Position numbers and translations under genes: made by a program. DNA of 64,000 nucleotides from NCBI GenBank assembly GCA_030390025.1, contig CM059432.1, positions 97,156,001 to 97,220,000 of the forward strand. Reading direction: 5' to 3'. Each line of letters begins with the position of its first letter. The first letter of the stretch is position 1. The DNA is from Squalus acanthias (lineage: Eukaryota). Positions 51,163 to 62,749 of the stretch are shown piece by piece. Below the pieces are notes generated by a model. The model was not told where the DNA came from. It did no database searches and saw only the letters and a program-made list of their open reading frames with translations.

Positions 51163-53390
51163 GGGGGAAAAATTTCATGGCTGCCACGAGCGTTGCCAGA
51201 GTCACCGGCAACTCAGGGTAACGGCCGCTGAAAATGGACGAAACGCTACCGGAGAAAAATTCGTGCTGGGGGCTAAAGATTTTTACTCCAGCAATAACTT
51301 ACTGTGTAACACCTTCCTGGTGGCGTTAGTGCGGGAATGGAAGGCAAAGTTCCCATCCTGAACTGGCATTCCAGCTTCTAACAGCCTCTCGGAGCCAGGT
51401 TATGGAGTTCACAAGGAATTGTGGGTAATTAAAAGGGCTATGAATTAAGAGGGCAATGCGTTCAGAAATAATAAAACTTCAAATGAAGTCTCAAATGGAA
51501 GTCTTCAGCACTTAAAGCTGAATTCCCTTCCGAACCTAAAAAAATAGGAAAAGTGCTTCATCACCAACACAAAAGGCTCAGCAAGCCAGGGAAGGGGCTC
51601 CAGAGTCTCACACGCAGCACTCCAGCTTTGTGCAGGGGGTCAACACTGCAAGAGAGGCCCTCTACCCACAGGGGCCAGGTGGCCCTCCAGAAAGAATGAT
51701 GTGGGACCAGATCACCGAGGCCGTCACTGCCAGCAGTGTCGCCCCCCCCCACCACCTGGCTCCAGTGCCCAAAGAAGCTTCATGACCTCAGACCACTGGT
51801 CAAAGTCAGTGAATGCAACTTCAAAAGCCGTCTCCTACCAACTGCACCACTAGCCTCACACACTGCTCAATGCACAACTTCACCCCCCTCCATCCTCCAA
51901 TCACTCACCTACCAGCAATCTGTACCAATCACGAGGCATATCTCCCATTCCTAGCCTCACCTCACCCCCTTGGAGGAGATGGTGCAGGCCATTCTTGGCC
52001 GGGGCATGGCTGAGCCCTTGGCTAGCAGTGGGGCAGAAAGGATACAAGATTCTGGTATCCTTATACGTTATCCTCCTTCTCACATGCACCTCTTGTTTTC
52101 ATGCCCTCCCCTCACCATAACTCCACCCTTGTGCCTGCCTCATTTCACACACCCAAGAAATGCAGCCTGCCCAGCCAGTGGTTGGCCAAGAAAAGGAAGA
52201 GGGGAGAGAAGAAGAAGAAGAAGAAAAAGAAGAAGAAGAAGAAGAAGAAGAAGAAGAAGAAGAAGAAGAAGAAGAAGAAGAAGAAGAAGAAGAAGAAGAA
52301 GAAGAAGAAGAAGAAACACCGTCACTTGGTTTGACACTCCCAGCCACCAGCTCCTCAAGGTCAACCAGCAAGGTCATTTGCAGTGTCCCCCACTGAAAGT
52401 CAGCAGCCATCCACCTGCCATGCTGCAGACACTGGGGTAGAACTGCATGGCATCACTAGAATAATCAAAAGCACACACAAGACAGTCACTAAGAGAATGC
52501 ATAAGGGTGATGAGTTGAGTTCTTGATGTCATATTAGATGCATAGATGTATAAAGTTGGATTGGAAAGATTGCTTTGTGGTGGCTTTTATTTCAGCATCA
52601 GGGCCAAGAGGATGCTGTGATGGTCAGTAACAGAGGGAAGCTAATGTGTGGGACTAATGTTGAAAGGGGAATTGGGGTTTTGGTCACTGGTACTGTAGGC
52701 GGATGATTCCATCCCGGATATCCCTGCCAGAAAGGAGCTGTCTGGGTTGATTCCTTCCTTCAGCTTCTTCTTCTTCTGCTTTCTCCTCTTCTGCATCTTG
52801 CGCTTCCCTCTGTGAGAGGATGCTGTAAATCTGAAATAAAAGCATAAAATGCTGGAAATACTCAGCAGGTCAGGCAGCATCTTGACCTGAGACGTGAACT
52901 CTGTTTCTCTCGCCACAGATGTTGCCTGACCTGCTGAGCATTTGCAGCATTTTCTGTCTTCTGATGCCTTCCTTTACCATCCAAAGACTTGCAAGTGTCC
53001 AGCAGCACTCCTTACATATTAAAAAACTCTTAACATCTATTGCAGCAAGCCACTACTTCAGTAAAATCAAAAAAACGCAGTCCAAAAGCTTAAATGCAAA
53101 CTTAACTTTAAGAGGTGCTGACAGTTCCTCTGTGAGTCTGCTTGCACGTTGCGTTTACCTGGCGTGTTTAGGACCCAACGCTGAACTCAGCACTAAGGTC
53201 CAAGTTTGCCATGGTGACATCACCACTCCCTCATTTTACTTTGCAGGGTAATACATCTTCATGGCAGTGCTGCTGTGACTGGGAAAATGGAGGACGCAAC
53301 GAGACCTGCCACCAGCTGGCGAAAGAGTGGCGGCCACCCTCTTTTCGCCATTTTTTGATGGTAACGGGTGGCGTAAAGCCCAAAAACTCT
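51163..53390. mobile_element. Non-autonomous Harbinger derivative, paralog of 19100-22036
   Basis: Starts gggggaaaaattt; Myb remnant on plus; the same embedded Penelope-derived hairpin at 52820-52955. Confidence 0.75.
52208..52315 (+). repeat. (GAA)n microsatellite, about 36 units
   Basis: Seen directly in the sequence. Confidence 0.98.
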
Positions 53391-54436
53391 TTGTGAATGT
53401 AATCAGGTTAATTTTTGACTTCTCCCAGTTGTTCTTCTGTTCCCTCTTTGTTTAGGCCAGTTGCCCAAAGGGGCTGCTCCAGGCTAAGCATGCCAGATCA
53501 GGGTCCAACCTGAAAAGTTAACTAATCTTTCAATTTCAGGAGCTGACTAACATGCTTTGCATTTCCAGCAACTGTTTTAACTTTTATTTCAGATTTTCGA
53601 CATCCTTTTATTTTAAATAAAGGAGTATTAGGACAAAAAGAGGAAAGTGTAAAAAATGCGGTTGGCGTCAAGGTTTCTTTGGAGAGGTAGATAGCAGGCA
53701 AAGCATTAGAGAATATATATATCCTCTTAAAATTAATGTAAAGGTACCGTGGAGGAGGATAAAAATAAAATGAAGTTTTGAAATTAACTTTGTATTAACA
53801 ATAGATACCTTTAATTCTATAACCTAGTTTAAGGGAAGCATCCAAAAACAATGTAAAATATGAACTTTTGAAATCTTTTTTATGCATCTTTAACAGGATA
53901 AAAGGGAAAGGAAGCCAGAAGATTTGCCAGACATAGAGGGGATAAATTCTAGCATGGAGGAGCCCGTGGATTTGGGTGCAGGTGGCCGGAGTTAAAACCG
54001 GGGAAAATGACAGCACGTCGGGAAGCCGGCTTCAACCTGTCGACTTCCTCATTTCACTCCAGTGCGTTAGGCTGTGTGCGCACAACTCCCTCAGGAGAGG
54101 CGGGTTGCCTGTTAACATATGTTAATCACCCAATTACAGCAATATTAACACAGACTTTTGAGTTTAACGTCGGGTCCACGGGTTTCCCGGGCTTCCTGAA
54201 ACTTGCTAGTACAAGCAAGTGGAGAACATTGCGGCAATTGAGGGGGCTTAGACATTCTCGTGGAAATATTGCAATAATTACTCAGTAATCACAGCTGCTT
54301 TATTACCTGCTAGTGGGAAAGGGTTTGTTCACAGTACTTTTGCTTTACTACACTTTGGTGGTTTGTTCTATCTATCACATCAGGAGAGCTGGTGCTTTGG
54401 CTACCTTCATTTGGACCTCAGATGCAGACGAAGAGG

Positions 54437-55220
54437 ACATAAGAACATAAGAACATAAGAAATAGGAGCAGGAGTAGGCCAATCGGCCCCTCGAGCCTGC
54501 TCCGCCATTCAATAAGATCATGGCTGATCTGATCCTAACCGCCAATCTACTATCTATCACAGAACCATCTCCTGCATCTAACAGAATTGCACACACGAAA
54601 TAGGAGCAGAATCAGGCTACACAGTCCCTGGGCCCGCTCCACTACCCACAGGGCCATGACCGATCCGAACCTAGACTCATGTCCAAATTCCTGCCCGCTC
54701 CCCGTAACCCTTAATGCCCTTTACTTCTAGGAAACTGTCTATTTCTGTTTTAAATTTAATTAATGTTGTAGCTTCTACAGCTTTTTGTGGCAGCATATTC
54801 CATGGACCTACCACCCTCTGAGTGAAGTAGTTCCTCCTCATCTCAGTTTTGAAAGAGCAGCCCCTTATTCTAAGACTATGTCCCCTAGTTCTCGTCTCAC
54901 CCGTCATCGGGAACATCCTCCCCGCATCCACCCGATCCAACCCCTTCACAATCTTATATGTTTCAATAAGATCGCCTCTCATTCTTCTGAACTCCAATGA
55001 GTAGAGTCCCAATCTACCCAACCTCTCCTCATATGACCACCCCCTCATCCCCGGGATTAACCGGGTGAACCTTTTTTGCACTGCCTCGAGAGCAAGGATG
55101 TCTTTCCTTAAGTAAGGACACCAAAACTGTATGCAGTATTCCAGGTGCGGTCTCACCAATACCTTGTACAACTGAAGCAATACCTCCCTATTTTTATATT
55201 CTATCCCCCTAGCAATGAAA
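54437..55220 (-). mobile_element. CR1 3' fragment with a duplicated tail region
   Basis: FIARGIEYK..VRPHLEYC..FTQRVV; (cataagaa)n tail. Confidence 0.88.
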
Positions 55221-56314
55221 GCCTGCTGGTCACAGAGCTGTAGCTGCAGAGGAGAAAGGGGAGCAGCAGAGAGGGGCGCCTCGCAGGAGGCACTATCCAT
55301 GACACAGGGTCTACAGGCAGAGGATCATCTTCCTTGACATGTCAGAACAGCAGTGCTTCAGGAGGCTCAGGTTGTCGCATCAGGTGGTGGCAGACATCTG
55401 CAGCCTCCTAGAAGAAGACCTGCTGGCAGCTGGGCCTGGTAGCCATGCTTTACCAGTGGCTGTCAAAGTCACCACTGCCCTCACCTTTTTTGCCTCTGGA
55501 TCTTTCCAGGGCTCTGCTGGAGAAATTTGCAGGATCTCCCAGTTGGCGGCCCACAAATGCATAAGTCAGGTGACTGATGGCTTGTTTGCCAGGGCCGGAA
55601 ATTCTGTCAACTTTGCCTGCGATGATGCCAGTCAGAATGAGTGGGCGCTCGGGTTTGCGTCTCTGGCTGGCTTCCCACAGGTGTAGGGTGTCATCGACTG
55701 CACACACCTGGCAATCCGGGCATCCGTAGATCAAGCAGGAGTATTCGCCAACTGCAAGGGCTTCCACTCCATCAATGTGCAGCTGGTGTGCAACCACAAA
55801 AAGGTCTTTATGCCGGTGTGCGCAAGATTCAAAGAGAGCTGCAATGATGCTTTCTTCCTGCAGCAGTCCAAGCTTCCTGACATCTTTGGACCTAGAAGCA
55901 GAGTTAAGGGGTGGCTTCTAGGAGACAAGGGATGCCCACTTAAAACTTGGCTCATGACACCTATCAGAAACCTGACCAATTAAGCCCAACAGCTCTACAA
56001 TGAATGCCATATCACCACTAGATGTGTGATTAAACAATTCATTAGCATGCTGAATATGTGCTTCAGGTGCCTGGACAGATCTGGAAGCCCCCTTCAGTAT
56101 GCACCAGCCAGGGTGTCCAGAATGGTCGTGGTGTGATGTGCTCTGTACAACATTGCGCTGCAGTGAGCTTTGGACCTGCAGGAGGAACAAGGTACAGAGC
56201 GCAGATCCTCTTCAGAGGATTCCAAGGAAGATGACGACGAGGAATGTGATGAGGGCAATGCACCCCCAGCTGCTCACATTCCTGCCCAGGGTGCCAGGGA
56301 TGCCCTTATTATTT

Positions 56315-58080
56315 AAAAAAAAAAATTAATTCATTTTTATGGGATGTGGGCATCGCTGGTAAGACCAGCATTTATTGCCCATTCCTAATTGCCCTTGAGA
56401 AGGTTTTGGTGAGCCGCCTTTTTGAACCGCTGCAGTCCGTGTGGTGAAGGTACTCCCACAGTGCTGTTAGGGAGGGATTTCAAGGATTTTGACCCAACGG
56501 CGATGAAGGATCGGCGATATACTTCTAAGTTAGGATAGTGTGTGACTTGGAGGGGACCTTGGAGGTGATGGTGTTCCCATGTGCCTGCTGCCCTTGTCCT
56601 TCTAGTTGGAAGAGGTCGCGGGTTTGGGAGGTGCTGCTGAAGAAGCCTTGGCGAGTTGCTGCAGTGCATCTTGTAGATGGTACACACTGCAGCCATGGTA
56701 CGCCAGTGGTGGAGGGAGTGATTGTTTAAGGTGGTGGATGGGGTGGCCAATCAAGCGGGCTGCTTTGTCTTGGATGGTGTCGAGCTTCTTGAGTGTTGTT
56801 GGAGTTGCACTCATCCAGGCAAGTGGAGAGTATTCCATCACACTCCTTACTTGTGCCTTGTAGATGGTGGAAAGGCTTTGGGGAGTCAGGAGGTGAGACA
56901 CTCACCGCAGAACACCTAGTCTCTGACCTACTCTTGTTGCCACAGTATTTATGTGGCTGGTCCAGTTAAGTTTCTGGTCAATGGTGACCCCCAGGATGTT
57001 GATGGTGGAGGATTCAGTGATGGTAATGCCGTTGAATGTCAAGGGGCGGTGGTTAGGCTCTCGCTTGTTGGAGATAGTCATTGCCTGGCACTTGTGCGGT
57101 GCGAATGTTACCTGCCATTTATCAGCCCAAGCCTGAATATCATCCAGGTGTTGTTGCATGCGGGCATGGACTGCTTCATTATCTGCAGAGTTGTGAATGG
57201 CACTGAATACTGTTCAGTCATCAGCGAACATCCCTATTTCTGACCTTATGTTGGAGGGAAGGTTATTGATGAAGCAGCTGAAGATGGTTGGGCCTAGGAC
57301 ACTGCTCTGAGGAACTCCTGTAGTGATGTCCTGGGCTGTGATGATTGACCATCAACCACCACAACCATCTTCCTTTGTGCTAGGTTTGACTCCAGCCAAT
57401 GGAGATTTTTCCCCGCGATTCCCATTGACTTCAGTTTTACTAGGGCTCCTTGATGCCAGACTCGGTCAAATGCTGCCTTGATGTCAAGTGCAATCACTCT
57501 CCCCTCACCTCTGGAATTCAGCTCCTTTGTCCATGTTTGGACCAAGGCTGTAACGAGGTCGGGAGCCGAGTGGTCTTAGCGGAACCCAAACTGGGCATCA
57601 GTGAGCAGGTTATTGGTGAGTAAGTGCCGCTGATAGCACTGTCAATAATACCTTCCATCACTTTGCTGATGATCGAGAGTAGACTGATGGGTTGGTAACT
57701 GGCCAGATTGGATTTGTCCTGCTTTTTGTGGACAGGACATACCTGGGCAGTTTTCCACATTGTCGGATAGATGCCAGTGTTGTAGCTGTACTGGAGCAGC
57801 TTGGCTAGAGGCAGCGGCTAGTTCTGGAGCACAAGTCTTCAGCACGACAGCCGGATGTTGTCGGGGCCCATAACCTTAGCTGTATCCAGTGCACTCAGCC
57901 GTTTCTTGATATCACGTGGAGTGAATCGAATTGGCTGAAGACTGGCTTCTGTGATGGTGGGGACCTCAGGAGGAGTCCGATATGGATCATCCACTCGGCA
58001 CTTCTGTCTGAAGATGGTTGCAAAAGCTTCAGCCTTGTCTTTTGCACTCACATGCTGGGCTCCACCATCATTGAGGATGC
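56315..58080 (-). mobile_element. 5'-truncated CR1-group LINE (second family)
   Basis: GPDNI, YQPISLLS, ALDIKAAFDRVWH, WADKWQVTFAPHKC; short A-rich tail. Confidence 0.88.
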
Positions 58081-60760
58081 CAGGATCACTTTGGTTCGGC
58101 CAGTGAACTGAACTCAGAAGCACATGCAACAGCCACAACTCCCGTCCCACCCACACCCCGCCTGCTGTCCTGCAAACAACCAACCACCCGTTGCACATCC
58201 CCCCATTGTTCCCTGTCAACTCATCTCTTCCCATTCATCATCAAACAACTTAAAAGGCAACTTGCCACCCAGCAACCAAGAATGAGCAAGATGGAAAAGT
58301 GGTGCAAAGTAATAAAATTTACGTGCTTCAAGTAATGAACAGAAACTTAACAACATAGCAGCTTATCATACCCCCATGTGGATACCCTTGTGTAACTAAA
58401 AAGCCTTAGTCTTCCATTTCCTATTGCTTCTATGCAGTGTAACCCCTGTGGCTTGAGCAGAGGTAGAGGCAAGCTGCTCACATCCCTGTTCTGACTGCTG
58501 TGATGTTCTTGGCCAATGTCCTCTGGGTTTTGGAGCCCATGAGGGCCTTGCCAAAGACTGCTCTACCTGAACATGTGCAGACGTAGACTCGGCCATTGGG
58601 AGATGAGGCAGCATGTGGACTACTGACTGGGGGGACGGCGGGGGGACAACAGGGTGAGAAGTGGAAGCGTTTTGAGTGGAGTCCCCACTTCCAAGTCCGC
58701 TTTCACCATCATCCCTCTCATGAGCCAGCCGCAGTTCACTGCTGCCACTGTGCTAGAGAGAACTTTGGTGCAAATCAGTGCGGCACTGTAAGGACAAGGC
58801 TAAGGTATCTGTCATCATATTTAAGGTGGCAGACATGTTGGCATCCATGGTCAAGGCCTGCATGGACACATTTGATTGGAGCATTTGATGTTCCACAGAG
58901 TTAGCTACTCTATCCATGGAAGAACACATCATCGCAATGGCCTGCAACATAAACCCACTCATGCTTGATGCGGACTCTCCATTCTCTCTGCAATTGTGGT
59001 CAGTGTGCTTGGGAGGCCTGTTAGTACATCGCACAATCTCTGCTGCTGCTCAATGATTCTTCTTCCCATTGACGCCACCCGGGTACAGTATCTGTGTCCA
59101 GCTGAGCAGAGGTTGGAGAGGGCTGTGGCCGCCAATGCGGACTCTCTACTGCTGTCCCTGCCACCAGGTGAAAACCTAACTATCTGTCTAACTGGACCCA
59201 CCGAAGTGTGAGTATCTGAGCTGGTGTATGGTATGTATGAGTCCTGTGATGGTGCACCCTCAGACGGATTCAGCTCCTCTGAGGAATTGTTGTCCACAAC
59301 CACCATTAACTCCTGCTGCAGCATGAAGGCCCTGTCAGAGATAAAAGACATGAATGTGTACTGGCAAGGTAAGAATGTTGCAAGTTATTATATGAAGATG
59401 ATCATATTTTACCCACTGTTGAAATCAAGTCAGCATGACTGAGTACCGTATGACATGTGAGTGGTTGATATTTAATTGTGTCACCAGGTAGCTGTCTCCC
59501 CATCTCCAGGCACGTCAAAACTCCACTGATCTTCAGCACCTCCTTGTCTGCACTTATCAGCTGTGAGATGGCTGGTGGGCCACCTCCAGTTCTCTCCCTC
59601 TCCCTGTGTTCTGTGCTCATTCACCTGCAACAAGGGAAAGAACAGACCTATGAGTGAGTATAATGGCATTTGTTCAGCCGATGGATGGAGAGCATTTGGT
59701 GAGGGTGAGTATCAGGGAGAGGCATGAAATTGCATCAGGATGAGGGAGAGTGGCAGGGGTGGATGGATAGATGGGCATGAGAGGAAGTGCACAGACAGAG
59801 AAGGATGGGTGCACCTGCAAGATAAGAGGGTGTGAGGAGTGATGTGTGAAGAAGGCAGAGTGAGTGGTAGGAGGTGATGCACACAGCAGGATGTAGATAA
59901 ATGTGCAACTGTACTCACCTTTCCGAACCTGGTTAAGTCATTAAACTGTTTCCTGTACTGCATCCAGAAGGGTGGCACTACGATCCTGCTGCTTACCTCC
60001 TGGGCAACCTCTAACCACTCCTTTGTTTCTGCCACAGGTTTTCTCCTCCCATTGCTGGGGCATAGTATGTCCCTCCAGCTCCTCACAGCCCCCAGCAGTA
60101 CATCAAGGGATGCAACATTGAACCGGGGGTGCAGTCTTTGAACATCTCAAATCCATTGTTGAAGTTGCTCCTCTCTTCTTCTCAACTCCAACTCCTCCAA
60201 ATTGCATCTTTGGATTGGTCCTTTAAATACTGCAGTTGAGATCGTGTCATGCGGGTCCTCATCACGCCCGCTGCCACTGATTGGACGCCAAATCCGAAAG
60301 TAAAATTATAATGAGGTGGCTGAGTTAAAAAGCCAGTGACAGACGCGCTGAACATACTTCTGTGTTTCCCACTCAATATCGGATCCCCCCTCCCCCCACC
60401 CCCCCCCCCCCCCCCCCCCACCCCTTGCACCCAACATGTCTCTCAGTTAATAGCGGGGCCATACTCACTAAGTAACAGCTTCAGAAATTTCTCATGTTAA
60501 ATACATCAAAGGCATAAAAGCTTTAAGTGTTAAACGCATGAAAAACATTGGAGACACCTGTTAGAGCCACGATGGTTGTTCTCAGAACCAAGATATTTTA
60601 TTAACAAACCTGCTGTCAAATAAAAAAGAAGCCAACAGAGAGTCTTGGGGCTACTGCTCACATTCAACAGCCAGGTTTTTCCCATCTGCCATATAACGAT
60701 GGAAGAGCAGACTTTGCAACTCCCAGCTTCTCTGTCATCAACCTTAAGACCGAAGACATT

Positions 60761-61060
60761 GGCCCAGAAATTGCTGGAATGGCGCATCACGTGGCGAGCG
60801 ACATGAATTAGACTTTTTACCTCACCCATCTGATTGCACTATATTTGCGCCGCATATTGTTGGAAACATGAATTGATAATGATGCAATGATGTCAATGTC
60901 GCATTTGGGACCTCATAAACCTAATGGTCTAATTCCTTAACCAATGAAAGAGAAGGAAAGAGAAAGAAACAGAGCGAATTACGAGAAGGAAATAGGGTGA
61001 ATTAGATGAATTTAGATACTGAAAGAGAAATAAAGAGAGGGAAAGGAAGAGAATGCATTA
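60761..61060. mobile_element. Left part of a MITE interrupted by the LTR element
   Basis: ggcccagaaattgc start; shares ccttaaccaat and a purine tract with the 15753 MITE; similarity stops at 61060. Confidence 0.6.
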
Positions 61061-62745
61061 TGTAGAATTCGCAATATATCGCGATTTTATTAATAAGGAG
61101 AAAAACACATAGTTTCGTTCAAACAGCTTTTATTTCAGCAGAATGCTGTCAGGTTTTCAAAGTGGACACAAGCAGCTGTAAAATGGCCGCCGCACCTCGT
61201 GGCAGAACATTCTAGACTTTTCAACAGGCAGACAAGATGGCGTTCCAGTAAACATTTGTGCAAGATCGATTAAGACTCAGCACATTGAAGATAATACATG
61301 AGACATCATGGGTTTACAGTATACACATAAATACTGAAATCGGTCTCCCAGGTACGAATAAAAGCTATTGTACCAAGTAATCAAGAACCCATCCAAAGAC
61401 ATTAATATGTAGAATCCCAACGACTCTACGATGAGAGAGCCGTTAGCGGGTAGTTACAGAAAACACTTGGAAGCCCCAAAACCCCTCCGGGGAGAACACC
61501 GACCGATTAAACAATGGGAGAAATATTAACAGGTACTCAGACATTTACGAGTAGCCCCAAAACCCATTAAAACGAAGATCACTCTATACAAGACATTTGA
61601 GCGCCAAACCCTAACAAAAGAAAAGACATTAAGGTTGGGCGGGAAACGGAAGATTTTGCACTATAATTGCAAGCTCCAAACCGTCCATCTTTCTCTTATT
61701 TGGTTGACTCTTATCCTCGTGGCTGCTCCTGTGCTCTTGACTCGCCGTCTTGTTCCTGTTTGCCTCGTGTCTCTTTTCAAAAGACTGTTGAACTTTACGA
61801 TCCGCTCGGATCTACCTCGTGTCGTGTCACGAAGACCTGTGTAGAACTGGGCTCTGAAGCCTTGAAGCGGGCGCACCATCCCGATAAGTCGGTAAACGGT
61901 GTTGGAACCGAAGGCCCGAGATGAGATGAGATGAGAAGAGAAGAAGACCATACTTATCGCCACGGTCAGTAAGCTCCGACCGTGCCTGTAGGTCGAATAG
62001 ACATTTTCCTTGCCAGGAAGACTTCTTTGAGTTCTACAGAACTGACACAGGAAGACTCTTCTTCGAGTTTTATCGAACCGGTGTGAGGGCACAGGAAGAC
62101 TCTTTTTTGAGTAGAGTCGGAACTCCGAGGACAACACAGATCTTCATGACAGCAGACGTTCCAGCCTGCTAGCCGGAGCAGAAAGGAGTAAACAAGTGGG
62201 GCCAGGAGACCCCCTGATCGACACGTGGGCGCTGCGGTGAAAAACATCCGATCAGAGTTTTCGGAATTCTCCGAGTTATCACGAGTGGTGAGCATGAGTC
62301 TCGAATCCTACGAATCTAGCTTAGGACAGATATTGATAGGGGAGGGTTTCAAGTATTAAGGATAATTGTAATGTGTGCCCCCATTTACGATGTGTCGTTC
62401 GTTCCTCGTTTCCCTGAAATTAGTTACATAACTGCATGTAAGATTGTACTGTCATTAATCTGTGCTTATGACATGTATTTCGTAATCTTAAGTATTATGC
62501 AATAAAGATTTTCCATTTCGTACCATTCAACCGAGTCTACCTGAGTTTCATCTCCATTACTGCTCTCGCATCTAAGTCCAGTGTCTAGAACCGTAAGGGC
62601 GAGTGGGTCGAACCACTCACAGGTGTGTCTAGTGCTCCCAGACTGGCTGGAGACCAGAACAGGCAACAAGGCCTAAACCCGCACTAGCACCCGGGCTGCA
62701 CAGAGCCACACGAATCTCACAGGCTGAGAGACAAAAACCCTTACA
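61061..62745 (+). mobile_element. Candidate 5' LTR (~1685 bp; left boundary uncertain)
   Basis: TGTA...TACA termini, AATAAA at 62501, PBS 5 nt downstream; alternative starts TGTAA at 62367 and TGTAAG at 62437. Confidence 0.65.
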
Positions 62746-62749
62746 GAAA

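Larger units (their letters stand above)
53937..60460. mobile_element. Decayed full-length Harbinger (transposase + about 55225-56310; Myb gene - about 58395-60140) with two LINE insertions
   Basis: ALTFFASGSFQ, GVIDCTH, GWLLGDKG; EWLEVAQEVSSRIV..WMQYRKQFNDL|gtgagt; TGGGPP exon. Confidence 0.82.

Noticed and set aside
51970..52440. Poly-R/K/E/S/L ORFs
   Set aside because: Alternative frames of the (GAA)n tract.
54677..55300. 207-aa ORF as a novel fusion gene
   Set aside because: Chance in-frame join of antisense Harbinger sequence to a truncated CR1 C-terminus.
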